A stretch of 64,000 nt of DNA from Histomonas meleagridis 2922-C6/04-290x (GCA_020184695.1 JAANOX010000061.1:558001-622000); one strand, 5' to 3'; shown: positions 46,951-58,241, counted from the stretch's first letter. The notes: generated from the sequence alone by a model not told the origin. Numbers and translations: made by a program.

Positions 46951-47340
46951 ACAATTTGTAAATGCCAAATCATCAACGAATGTTATAACATTTAGAAATG
47001 CAATTTTATTTGCATAAATGCCAAAAATATTTATTTGTTTAATTTAGTGTTCATTTTAATAAAAAGCCTTTTGTAATTAACAAGAGTGGTTTTAAAATAA
47101 TTTTGCTGATACAACAATTATAAATATTTATTCGAACTTTTTTTAATTTATCTGTTGAAAAGTCATTAGTTTAAGGAAGTTTTCAATTTTTGGGCGAACA
47201 TAGAACCGTATAAAGAACTATATCAATGTATGATTTTTTTTTCTGTTTTGATGACGCATCAACCGCATTTTAACTTTTTCATGGAAGTGGACGTTAATTT
47301 AGAAAACGGTTATTATTAAATAAAGTAGTCAAAACCCAAG

Positions 47341-48297
47341 ATGGGAGAAAGTCAAGTTTCCTCTAATTTCCCAGTTTCAATCAAAAAAGCACTGCCTGTT
47401 GTTATTATGGACACATTTGAAAACATCAGAGAAGATAACACAGATTTTCTTTTAAGTCAAATTGATGCTTCTGAAAAGAATGAAAAAGATATTCTTCGTG
47501 TTGTCTCATCCAAAGAAAAAGAAGATGTCCCTGTTCCAGATATCAAAAATGTTGAAGGGCCAAATGTTTTTTTAAGCTCTGGTGTTTTCTTTGAAGCCCC
47601 CGATCGTTGTTTTAATTTTGATAAAGATTATTTTGAGCCTCCGACATATAACGCTGATAAATCAGACCTTCTGTGGATTGAAGAATTCAACAAGAACCAT
47701 AAATTTCTTAAAATTAGTGTTAAAGATCTTGAATACATCTTCAATATTATCGAAAGTATTGTTAAAGATGGAGTATATGATGATCCAAAACTTCCTCAGG
47801 TTCTCTCTTTAGTGTCAGAACCTGCACCAGCATATGCAGTAATATCTGCCTTATATGAACATTGGCGCGAAAAAGATAAACAATATAACTCTGCAGTATC
47901 GTATCGTGAGTTTCCACCAGACCACTGTCATTTACGTCAATCTGCTTCAACTGCTCATCGAAGTGCGAATAAGATAAGAAAACAATTAAACGACAATGAT
48001 TACTTAAAGCGACTCAGAAAGGAACTTAAAGAGATCCAGAGACAAAGGGCTGAAGCTCTTCGTGTTCTCAAGGCTCAAGAAGAAAGACAATTTGAAGATG
48101 AGATTTTTGTGCGACAAGCAATGAGGAAATTCCAGAAAAACAGTCAATCGATATCTATGATATGTCTTCCAAAGCCTACGCCAAAGCATGAATTTGATGT
48201 TGTGAATCAACCAACATCGGTTACATCAACAACTTTACCAGAGCCACCTTCGCATTCGTCTTTTTTGCAGTGGTGTCTGAAACAGACAAACATATAA
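47341..48297 (+). CDS. Enhancer-of-polycomb-like (EPL1-domain) protein
   Basis: YNADKSDLLWIEEFN...DLEYIFNIIE and LYEHWREK resemble EPL1 domain motifs. Confidence 0.7.
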   Translation: MGESQVSSNFPVSIKKALPVVIMDTFENIREDNTDFLLSQIDASEKNEKDILRVVSSKEKEDVPVPDIKNVEGPNVFLSSGVFFEAPDRCFNFDKDYFEPPTYNADKSDLLWIEEFNKNHKFLKISVKDLEYIFNIIESIVKDGVYDDPKLPQVLSLVSEPAPAYAVISALYEHWREKDKQYNSAVSYREFPPDHCHLRQSASTAHRSANKIRKQLNDNDYLKRLRKELKEIQRQRAEALRVLKAQEERQFEDEIFVRQAMRKFQKNSQSISMICLPKPTPKHEFDVVNQPTSVTSTTLPEPPSHSSFLQWCLKQTNI

Positions 48298-48534
48298 TGA
48301 ATTGTTATGTTTTACAAACAAATTGTTATTCAACACAAATTTTTGCGCATGGAATTATATTAAAATAAATCATGTTTTATAAAGATTTTCGGATATTTCC
48401 CATCTAATTTAATTTTTTTTTGTTGCTTCAATACTTTTTTGAAGAAAAAAAAATTTTTTTCTGTTGTAAAAAAATTAAAATGTTTACATACGGTTATTTA
48501 ATGTGGTTGATCATTTAACATCACATTTCAAGTC

Positions 48535-49137
48535 ATGAATAAAGTTAAGTCGAATGATTATTCAAGCCAAGAATATTGGGACTCAAAATATGCAGAAAAG
48601 GATACAATTTTTGAGTGGCTTGAAGACTACAAAGAACTGAGTCCATATATAAATAAACATTTTTCCCATGATGCACACATTTTAATTCCTGGATGTGGGA
48701 ATTCTGCAATCAGCGCTGATATGTATAGAGATGGTTTTATTCATATAGATAACATTGACTTTTCACCTGTATGTATTGAACAAATGAAAAGAAGATTTTC
48801 TGACCTTGATCAAATGACCTGGAAGGTGATGGACATAAAAAATATGGGGTTTCCTGATAATACATTTGATATTGTCTTTGATAAAGGAACCCTTGATGCA
48901 CTTACATGTGGCGATGATGCAGAGACACAACTTTTCACTGCGTGTCAAGAATACATGCGAGTCCTTAAACCTGGCTGTATGGCCTACATTGTGTCATTTG
49001 GTCAAGCCCAAGATAGACTCGAATATTTTAACCCATCGAAAGACCACCCATGGATATTCGAAGGGTTTGATCTTTTAGACCGAGAAATCGCGCCGCACTC
49101 GTACTATCATGTTTACAAGCTCCGAAAACCACAGTGA
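48535..49137 (+). CDS. SAM-dependent methyltransferase, EEF1AKMT4/METTL13-like
   Basis: EYWDSKY, FEWL, GCGNS, NIDFS, WKVMDI, FDKGTLDAL. Confidence 0.9.
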   Translation: MNKVKSNDYSSQEYWDSKYAEKDTIFEWLEDYKELSPYINKHFSHDAHILIPGCGNSAISADMYRDGFIHIDNIDFSPVCIEQMKRRFSDLDQMTWKVMDIKNMGFPDNTFDIVFDKGTLDALTCGDDAETQLFTACQEYMRVLKPGCMAYIVSFGQAQDRLEYFNPSKDHPWIFEGFDLLDREIAPHSYYHVYKLRKPQ

Positions 49138-49964
49138 ATTGTGAAACATGTTTTTGTTAAACTCTTTCTTTGAGAACTTATTTCACTACTATTAAAATAC
49201 TCTAAATTATTTACGGGCAAATTAAATCGATTTATCGTTAGAATTAAGAGTACTTAATCATGAAGAAGTTGATGAAAATTATATTATCTTATAAAGAAGG
49301 AAATAAGACGATTTGTGATAATGTATCTTGAAGTTTTTCTTTGTCAAAAATTTTAATTTCATTAGGAAAAACCATCAGTTATTTTCATAGTCATTCCATC
49401 AACTAATGTACATAAAAAGTTTCTCAAAAGTTTTGAAAATAATGAAGAAAAAAAAAATTTAAAAGTAAATTTAACTTTGAGAATAATCATGTGATTGAGT
49501 CAAAAAAATTTCTTCTTAAATCTCATTTTGCATCACCTTACACTAGTAAACTGTGTGAAGAAAATTAATTGGTTTAAACTTTCCAAAGCATTTATATATT
49601 TTGCCTTATGATACATAAGAAATAAAAAGGAGAAGATCATTATGAAGAACTACTAAAGAATTATTGGGAACTCCATAAGAATTATATTGAATACTTCAAC
49701 TAAAGCTTGTTCAGCAAAATGATAATGAAAATAACTGATGGTTTTTCTAGAACGAACCAATAGCTTAGCCAAACTTTGATCAAAATTTAGGAAATATTTA
49801 ATATATGCAATAAGTGTTCGTTCATTTCAAATTTGATCAATTTCCGAAAAATTATTTCAAAACTAAAATAAATAAAGGCCATCAATATTTACATTAAACA
49901 TGCATGTGTACATTTGAACTTTAAAACTGTAAATATGAAAAGTTTACTAAACACTAATTAGAGT

Positions 49965-50345
49965 TTAAAACAAACTATAAAAAGAATCTGAAAGGGGTTC
50001 GCAATCTTTAGCAGGCTTTAGAATCACAGTAAAAGATGATGTTAGGCCATTAACAAATAATGGTATGGATTCTGTGATTTCTTCATTTAAATCAATGATT
50101 GCTCCATCAAGAGGAAGCAAAAGATCACCTTTATCAGTTTGGCAATAGACAGTGTTTCTTTGTATTTCACTGCCAATTTGTGCATTAAATAACATTATTG
50201 AAGAAATTGTTTTCGCAAAGTTTGGATCAAGCGTCAAAACATATAAACCATTTGGGAGGTGATGAACAATTTGTCTTCCATCTGTGAATGATTGGGTAAA
50301 TCTGAGTTTCAATGCTCTTAGTTGTGAAGAATCAAGGTTCAGCAT
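49965..50345 (-). CDS. Small protein, possibly of the glycine-cleavage-H / Abitram (FAM206A) fold
   Basis: IVHHLPNGLYVLTL and DGAIIDLNEEI resemble this family; not verified. Confidence 0.4.
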   Translation of the reverse strand: MLNLDSSQLRALKLRFTQSFTDGRQIVHHLPNGLYVLTLDPNFAKTISSIMLFNAQIGSEIQRNTVYCQTDKGDLLLPLDGAIIDLNEEITESIPLFVNGLTSSFTVILKPAKDCEPLSDSFYSLF

Positions 50346-51548
50346 TGTGAGAATTGCAATTATAACGGTTCAAGCCTTAAATAGCTTTTGAGACACTTTT
50401 AAGATAATACATAGAACAGTGATTGCAACAAACTTTTTTTGGGAAAAATTAAAGAAAAATCAATTTTTTTTAATAAACACATTTTTTCTTTTATTAATAA
50501 CTTTTATAAAGATTATATAATATTACATGTGTAATTTAACTAATGATTGATTTTCATTTTACATAGAGATTTTTATGGATATCTATAGATAGATATTCAC
50601 TTATTTTTTAAGGAAATTAGTATGAAAAAAATTTATAGAAGTATGTTGATATCTTTATATGATTTGAATCAATATATTATTAATCGTAAATTCGAAAACA
50701 CTTTTGATGACTACATATATTGCGCTTAAATTTAAAAGAAATGATTTTGAACATATAATAAATATAAAAAATGATGAAGATGTTTTTATTATCTAAGATT
50801 TTAATTAACTATAATATTTCAAGATAATTTATATCGGTTTATAAACAATAGAAAATAATGGAATAATAAATTTTGATTAACGTTATGCTACTATTCTATA
50901 GATATGTATGGTATGTAGATTATCGATTTAAATTAGATAAGAAATCTGTGGGGCCAAATCGCCTGTTCTAGATTCTCGTGAAAATGGCGTTTTCATTCAT
51001 TATCATCGGCATGTTGTACGTTAATGACATTTTTAGTTTTAACTAACATATCTCAATAAAGGAACAAGATATTTTCCAAATTCCTGTAGTGTTTCATTTT
51101 TTACATACGTTCCTTCATAAGTATCCTATTTTTAATGATAGAAAATTTGTTGATTTGATTAATGTTTTTTTTCTTATCTTTAGCTATTTTTAATTTCATA
51201 ATGATTTAATCATAATTAATTCTATTGAAACTTCATGAGTCTCTTTTGCTTCTTCTATATTTTGTCGAAATGATTGAACATAATAATTATTTGCTTTTCC
51301 TTAATATTCTATGGATTGATTTATACATTCATGAAATTAACTCTATATTGTAATAAACATATTTGTGGTAAATCTTGATTCATTTTTGCATAGAACAGTA
51401 AATGATTTCGATCGGAAATACGATATAAACCGTTCAGGAAAGGGAAGTTTCTAACCGCTCATTTCACATTGGCGGTTTATTTATATCAAAAAGTCGCATT
51501 ATTTTCAAAAAGTGCATTTTTATTCAAATTTTTAATCATTTCTTTCTG

Positions 51549-54306
51549 ATGGAAAAAGAGCTTTCAAGAAATGAAAATGATGGATTTCCTGATAAATTGG
51601 AAACACTACTACTAATTAGCAAAATAATATTTGAATTGAATCGAGAAAATATCACAGAATCTTCAAGTTTCATAATCAAAAAATTTGATGATGAGCATCC
51701 ATTATCTTTTAATTTAATAATTAGTCAAATAATATTTTCTGTATTGATAGCAAGACAGAAAGATTTTGATATATATATTAAATTTTTAGAAGAAATTGAA
51801 CAATTTGAAGAAACAAAACAAATTAAAAACAAAATATTTGAAATATTTACTAAGTTTCTGCTTTTTGATGGACATACACAAGATGCATATTTTCTTCTCA
51901 ATGAAATGGTTGAACATAATTTTTATCCAAAAAAATGTACTGTTGGAACATAAAAAGATTTCATATTTTGTACATTATATGACCAATGAAGAAATTCAAC
52001 AAATGATTAAATATAATCAAAAATTTAAATATGAAATCAAAAAGAATATTTTAAAAAAAGAAAAATATAGGTTCATCGATAAAATTAACGAACAATATGA
52101 AGAACTTTCAAAGAATGATTGGGAATTACATAAGCAATTAATTAGAGAAGGAGTAAACCCGAATAAAATTGGGAAAATAATTCGAAATGATGAAATAGAG
52201 AAACTTCAAGAAATATCATCACAAACAAATTTTGATTTTAAACAAACAATTAAACCATCACTTTATGAAAAATGTTCATTTATTAATCAAAAAAATGTTT
52301 CATTAATTGATTATGCAGCATTTTTTGGATCAGTTAAATGTTTCAAATATTTACTTATGAATGGTGCAAAAGTAGAAAACACAGGCAAATATACAATTGC
52401 AGGTGAAAATAAAGAAATTATTCATTTATGTGACCAAAATAATTCAACATTTGAAGGTGTTTATGAAACAGCAATTCAATTCCATCGAAATGATATCTTT
52501 CATTATTTTTATGATAATACATTAAAAGAAATTAATAATTTAGAAGAATTAGGAAAGCTTTGCATTTTACATCATAATTATGAAATAATTTCATTTTTAC
52601 TTAAAGAAGGAATGAAAATCAATAATGATATTATTAATGAAGCAGCAAATATTGGAAATATTTTTTTAGTTGAATATTTTCTTAAAGAACATTCAATTCC
52701 GCATGATATATTGGTCAACTCTGCAATATCATTGAATAACGAACTTGTTGAATATATGTTGAAACAAGAAGGAATTGATATTAATGCTAAAGATATTTAT
52801 TTATTTTATTTGATATTTATTTTGATATATTAATATTTCAAAATAATATTTGGAAATCATTTAAAATATTTGAAACAGCACTTATATGGGCATCAGAAAA
52901 TGGTAAAATAGAAATCGTTAAATTACTTCTTGAACAAGAAGGAATTGATATTAATGCTAAAGATATTTATTTGCTTTATTTGATATTTATTTTAATAATT
53001 TTATATTTCAAAATAATATTTGGAAAATATTTAAATTATTTCAAACAGCACTTATTTTAGCATCTTCAAAAGGTTATACAGAAATAGTTAAAATACTTCT
53101 TAAACAAGAAGGAATTGATATTAATGTTAAAAATATTTATTTGTTTTATTTGAAATTTATTTTAATAATTTAATATTTCAAAATAATATTTGGAAATCAT
53201 TTAAAATATTTGAAACAGCATTTATTTTTGCTGCTTTAAATGGTCATATATAAATTGTTAAATTACTTCTTGAACAAGAAGGAATTGATATTAATGCTAA
53301 AAATATTTATTTGTATTGTTTGATATTTATTTTAATAATTTTATATTTCAAAATAATATTTGGAAATTATTTAAAATATTTGATACAGCACTTATGTATG
53401 CATCTTATTATGGTCAAATAGAAACAGTTAAATTACTTCTTAAACAAAAGGGAATTGATATTAATGTTAAAAATATTTATTTGCTTTATTTAAAATTTAT
53501 TTCAATAACTGGATGTTTTAATAAAATTTTTGGAATTTCTTTGAATTATTTGATACAGCACTTATTTGGGCATCAGAAAATGGTCAAATAGAAACAATTA
53601 AATTACTTCTTGAACAAGAAGGAATTGATATTAATGTTAAAAATATTTATTTGTTTTATTTAGAATTTATTTCAATAACTGGATGTTTTAATAAAATTTT
53701 TGGAATTTCTTTAAATTATTTAGAACAGCACTTATTTGGGCATCAGAAAATGGTCAAATAGAAACAATTAAATTACTTCTTGAACAAGAAGGAATTGATA
53801 TTAATGTTAAAAATATTTATTTGTTTTATTTAGAATTTATTTCAATAACTGGATGTTTTAATAAAATTTTTGGAATTTCTTTAAATTATTTTGCACAACG
53901 CTTATGGAAGCATCTAAAAAAGGTGATACAAAAATGGTCAAATTACTTCTTGAACAAAAGGGAATTGATATTAATGCTAAACTTATTTATATACTTTATT
54001 TGATAATTATTTTTATATTTTTATGTTGTAAAATATATAAAACAGCACTTATGTATGCATGTGAATATGGTCATATAGAAGTAGTTAAATTACTTCTTGA
54101 ACAAGAAGGAATTGATATTGAAGCTAAAAATATTTATTTGTTTTAATTAATATTTATTTTTAATAATTTGAAATTTTAATATGATATTTAGAAATAATTT
54201 AAATTATTTGAAATAGCTCTTAGGATAGCATCTAAAAAAGGGTTACACAGAAATAGTGGATTTAATTCGAGAAAAATCAAGAAAATCACAATGTGAGCAC
54301 AGTTAA
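51549..54306 (+). CDS. DUF3447 + ankyrin-repeat protein interrupted by nine AT-rich spacers; also an A7 frameshift (~51930), an in-frame TAA (53251) and a +1 shift near 54240
   Basis: SLIDYAAFFGSVKCFKYL is DUF3447-like; repeats read TAL..AS.NG..E.VKLLLEQEGIDINAKD; predicted stop TAA at 54304-54306. Confidence 0.8.
52771..54230 (+). repeat. 170-nt-period tandem array: 90 nt ankyrin coding (T...D/N) + 80 nt spacer
   Basis: Spacers at 52795-52874, 52965-53044, 53135-53214, 53305-53384, 53475-53554, 53645-53724, 53815-53894 (all 80 nt), 53985-54041 (57 nt) and 54132-54212 (81 nt). Confidence 0.95.
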
Positions 54307-54499
54307 ATATTCAATAATTATTTAATGAAAACAATAAAACATTAATATAAAAGCGAAATATATTCTTAAAATATTCAAATTATGTCTCTTATTTTATAAC
54401 GGAATGTTCATATACGGAATTCATAAAATATTGAGATAAAATTAAATGTTATATTTCAGCTCACGAAACAAAATTATTCTTTATCTGGTTTTATGATAG

Positions 54500-54846
54500 A
54501 TTTATAATAAATTACACACAGACACCGAACTAATTACGAAAATACTGAACAAAATTCTCCAAGACGAAATAAACAAAAGAAAATATTTTCACAAATACCA
54601 AAATTAAATCAACAAAACATCAAGAATCAAAAAGAAATAAGAACCATAAATTTTTATTGCATGACGAAACACTTGATCAATTCGAAGAAATTGTTTAAAA
54701 TATACAAAAAAAAAATTGTTGATATCAGAATTAAACTTGATCAAGTTGAAGAAGACAATTACAATTTGGAAAAAGGAAATGTTAAATTGGAAGAAGTTCT
54801 CACATCACTCAAAAAAGAAGATAAAATAAAACAAGGTGCTAATTAG
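54500..54846 (+). pseudogene. Short coiled-coil-like ORF remnant
   Basis: 61-aa ORF 54661-54846 (IRIKLDQVEEDNYNLEKGNVKLEEVL) with upstream coding-like sequence in other frames. Confidence 0.2.
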
Positions 54847-55090
54847 TACAAGAAGCAAAGTTATTGTTGTCGATTTCATGCCATGCATCTATTTTTAGTA
54901 AAAATGCTATTTGAAATTCATTTTCATGGAAATCAAAGATTTAATGAAACACATTTTACAATATTTATCAATTATTAAAAAAAAACAAAAAATTAATAAT
55001 AACTGATTTCATATGAAATTGCAATTTGATAAATTAAAATTTTTCATTTTAAAGAATGTTTTCAACAAAATTCATAATTCAGAATATTTA

Positions 55091-58000
55091 TTAAAACTCC
55101 AAATCTGCAAAGTTTGCAATATCGGCTAAACAGTTGTTACATATTATCGACTTTTGGTCAACCTTACAGCAGTTCTTACAGTAGTGCAATCCGCATGATT
55201 CACATGTGTAGTATCTAAATCCTGTTTCATCACATTTTGCACATCCAAAAATTGTATCTACTTTCACTAAAGACTTATTAATTCCTCTAGACACAAACAT
55301 TTTCGTTTCATTTTTCTCGTTCACTACATATAACCCAGAACCATTTTCAATGATTTTCATCACTTTAATTTCAAAATTAGAAAATTGAATTTTTTTCTTC
55401 ATTTCAAGTGTTTGATTCATCAAATCAATATTCCAAAACGCAATGTCACCATTCTTATGACCTGTTGTAATATAAATTATTGTATCATTTAAACAAACGG
55501 ACGCAGCGGTTATTTCGGTTTCTACGATATCACTGGTCATAACCGCCGCCACTTTTGTTCCATTAACCGTAAATATTTCAATGAAATTTGAGCCCACTCC
55601 GATCAAATAATTGAATGAGTCATTTACGAGTAAATCAATTAAATCATCTTGAAACTCGATCATTCTAATGAATCTTAAGCTTGAAATATGGAAACTAAAC
55701 ACGTAATTACCAGCCATTTCGAACACCGCGTTTAAGTTACTTGATATAACACATTTTACGAAATTGTTAAAAATTCTTCTTGAGATATCAAACGGAACAA
55801 AACATTTTCCAATCGATATAAACTTTTCTATTTGATTTTTCATGTTAATTATTGTGTTAAATAGTATTAATGTACCATTTTTAAACATTCCAGCGAATAT
55901 TAATTTTTCTTCAGAGAATGCACAAAATTTTAATTCGGAAATTTTCCAATTGAACATTCCGTCGCTTATTACAATGTTTTTATCATTAAAGTTATAAAAT
56001 TTCCGGACACTTTCCAATCCGAATGTACCATTTTTCTTTACAAATATATAATCATTATCATTCACATAAAACGATTTAAACATTTGCGACAAAATTTGAT
56101 CTGTTTCTATTAGCAAAGGCTTTTTTGAATATTTAATTGTATCTTTTGACGGATGTTTCTCATTAAATAATTTCGTTGGTATAATTCCACAATTTTTTGC
56201 GCATTCTTCGATTTCTTCTTTAGTTGAAATGTTTTGCGTTGGTAATCCATAAACAGTTGGGTTAAATACATTTATAGCGTTTATAGCTTCTTCTCCATCA
56301 TTTTTATATCCGAATATTAAATCGATCCAATTTTCGATTCCATTTATATTATCTAAAATATTCCTTAAATTCTCAATCATCGAAATTATATTTTCATTTT
56401 GTTCTAATATATAATCAGAAGTTACATTATTTTCAGATATTGGAAAAGGAATTTGATTAATATTAATATATATCTCTGGTATTAACTCTTCTAAATTCGA
56501 TTTACATGTGTTACTAGCAGAGATATATTCATTGTTTAATGATCGAAATATTCGATCTGGATGTTCAAAACCATTTTGGAACTCGATCATGAAAGTAGTG
56601 AATGGTTGAATTCGCATTAAGAAATGAAATATGATACATGGAGATGAATAAAATATGTTATAAAAGAAATGTGGTTCATTTTCTTGATACACTTGTCGGA
56701 AATATTCATTACGTGTATTAGTTTGTTTTCCCATAGGTTTACTTAAGTCTCGATTATTATTAACCCAAGGAATGATTGGATATTGTGATATAGTATTAAA
56801 ACTTCGATTAGAATAATAATTTAGAATTAATAAGTATATAAATGTTGATATTTTGTTTTTGATCCATTTCTTTTGATATTTTTTAATTATATTTGTTTTG
56901 TTTTGTTGATAAGTTTTAAATAATTTATATGAAAATGAAATCGAAAAATTGTTTTTATTTTCGGATTTTAAGATTAAATTTTTTAATTTAAGAGTTTGAA
57001 TGAAATTATTACAAATTGTTTCATTAGTAAATAATATATATAATGAATAACCTTTAATGAAATATAACTCTAATGCATTCGATTTAAATAAATAATTATG
57101 TTTGAAATATAATAAAATTTCATTATCATTAAATTGTAATATAATATGATCTAAAAATATGAAATTTTTCCCATAATAATTACCAACACATGAATCCAAA
57201 AACATTGAATTAATCAAAGAAGTTGACTTATTTAATAATATAATAATATTATTTTCTGTTTTAGTTTCAAGTATTATATAATATGAACTTTTAGTTCTTA
57301 TTAAAACAGATGGAATTTTATTATATCCATAAATGATTTCAATGTTTGTTAATTCATTAATTTTAGTGTTATTATAATATTCAAAAAAGAATTTTATTAA
57401 TTCATTTTCGATATTAAAAAATGGTTGTGATATATAATTAGGTAATGTTTTAGGGATTTCAGTATATTTTAATATATAATTTCCATTTAAATATAATGTT
57501 CGATTTAATAGATTTCCATATTCTTGAAAATTATTAATGTTTATATCAGATAAATATGGTATATATAATGATGGAATTGATATTGGATGAATTGTTGGCG
57601 ATATTTGATATTGATTTATGAATTTATATGGTAATATTCGATATAAATTATATGAATCTTTTTCATTACGTAAATTTAATATATTAAAACGAGTTTCAAA
57701 ACAAAATAATTCAATTCGTTGGAAATATATATGAAATTTATTTTGTTCTTCAATATCATTAATAATTATTTGATGACTAGTTAATGCTTTTCTTTTTCGT
57801 TTAATTTCTTCATAAATATTCGTTAAATTATTCGTTTTCTCTGAGATGAAATTTTCGTAATAATATTTCCCTTTTTCACATAATATTTCATAGAAATTTT
57901 TATCAATTAATTGTAAATTTGTAAAATATGTAGAAATTAACATATTATCATCTAATAATCGTGAAAAATCATTATCTTTAGGTAAATTAAATAATTCATT

Positions 58001-58093
58001 TAATTCATTATGATTTATTTGTTTGATATTTATAATCAATGATTTCCATATTGAAGCTCGATGTACTAATGGAATTCTTTTTAAAGAAATCAT
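55091..58093 (-). CDS. C-terminal part of a BEACH protein (PH-BEACH-WD40 + Cys-rich zinc finger)
   Basis: STFIYLLILNYYSNRSFNTISQYPIIPWV, ELIPEIY, WIDLIFGYK; ends CAKC..CESC..YCKNC..CNNC. Confidence 0.9.
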   Translation of the reverse strand: MISLKRIPLVHRASIWKSLIINIKQINHNELNELFNLPKDNDFSRLLDDNMLISTYFTNLQLIDKNFYEILCEKGKYYYENFISEKTNNLTNIYEEIKRKRKALTSHQIIINDIEEQNKFHIYFQRIELFCFETRFNILNLRNEKDSYNLYRILPYKFINQYQISPTIHPISIPSLYIPYLSDININNFQEYGNLLNRTLYLNGNYILKYTEIPKTLPNYISQPFFNIENELIKFFFEYYNNTKINELTNIEIIYGYNKIPSVLIRTKSSYYIILETKTENNIIILLNKSTSLINSMFLDSCVGNYYGKNFIFLDHIILQFNDNEILLYFKHNYLFKSNALELYFIKGYSLYILFTNETICNNFIQTLKLKNLILKSENKNNFSISFSYKLFKTYQQNKTNIIKKYQKKWIKNKISTFIYLLILNYYSNRSFNTISQYPIIPWVNNNRDLSKPMGKQTNTRNEYFRQVYQENEPHFFYNIFYSSPCIIFHFLMRIQPFTTFMIEFQNGFEHPDRIFRSLNNEYISASNTCKSNLEELIPEIYININQIPFPISENNVTSDYILEQNENIISMIENLRNILDNINGIENWIDLIFGYKNDGEEAINAINVFNPTVYGLPTQNISTKEEIEECAKNCGIIPTKLFNEKHPSKDTIKYSKKPLLIETDQILSQMFKSFYVNDNDYIFVKKNGTFGLESVRKFYNFNDKNIVISDGMFNWKISELKFCAFSEEKLIFAGMFKNGTLILFNTIINMKNQIEKFISIGKCFVPFDISRRIFNNFVKCVISSNLNAVFEMAGNYVFSFHISSLRFIRMIEFQDDLIDLLVNDSFNYLIGVGSNFIEIFTVNGTKVAAVMTSDIVETEITAASVCLNDTIIYITTGHKNGDIAFWNIDLMNQTLEMKKKIQFSNFEIKVMKIIENGSGLYVVNEKNETKMFVSRGINKSLVKVDTIFGCAKCDETGFRYYTCESCGLHYCKNCCKVDQKSIICNNCLADIANFADLEF

Positions 58094-58241
58094 TAAACAT
58101 AATATGAAAAAAATAAATGATAAATATGAAATGTTTTTTTAATTAATATTGGATTAAATATTACATTAGTAAACATATAAATTCGCATTGTTAAATAATC
58201 AGATGATAATGTTAAAATACATTTTATAACTTCTCCAAACT

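Noticed and set aside
52793-52876. U12-type AT-AC intron from ATATTT to AAAC
   Set aside because: Lengths of 84 or 82 nt leave 86 or 88 nt per unit, which is out of frame, and would delete the conserved Thr; no TCCTTAAC branch site
53251-53253. TAA reassigned to an amino acid (in-frame TAA here and at 62744)
   Set aside because: TAA is the normal terminator of clear genes in the window (Rab ...CC-TAA, ARPC4, ARL), and long ORFs lack internal TAA
52795-53894. A single programmed -1 frameshift site in each spacer
   Set aside because: Spacers 1 and 3 have an upstream-frame stop about 36 nt in, so the shift must be early; type-B spacers have TAA-TAA in the downstream frame further along, so the shift must be late; no shared slippery heptamer; spacer 9 has in-frame stops
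52771-54230. Canonical GT-AG introns using the ACAG in ACA-GCA as acceptor
   Set aside because: No conserved GT donor (none at all in spacers 1-2), no branch motif, and unit 7 has ACAACG instead of ACAG
52771-54230. CRISPR-like repeat-spacer array
   Set aside because: Eukaryotic context; the repeats are ankyrin codons and the spacers are homologous to each other; no cas genes
8100-55260. Fold-back (palindromic) assembly or a giant element with terminal inverted repeats
   Set aside because: The sequence between 12.7 and 50.4 kb is not mirrored, and the repeat includes part of a host BEACH gene; no transposase, integrase or Maverick genes seen
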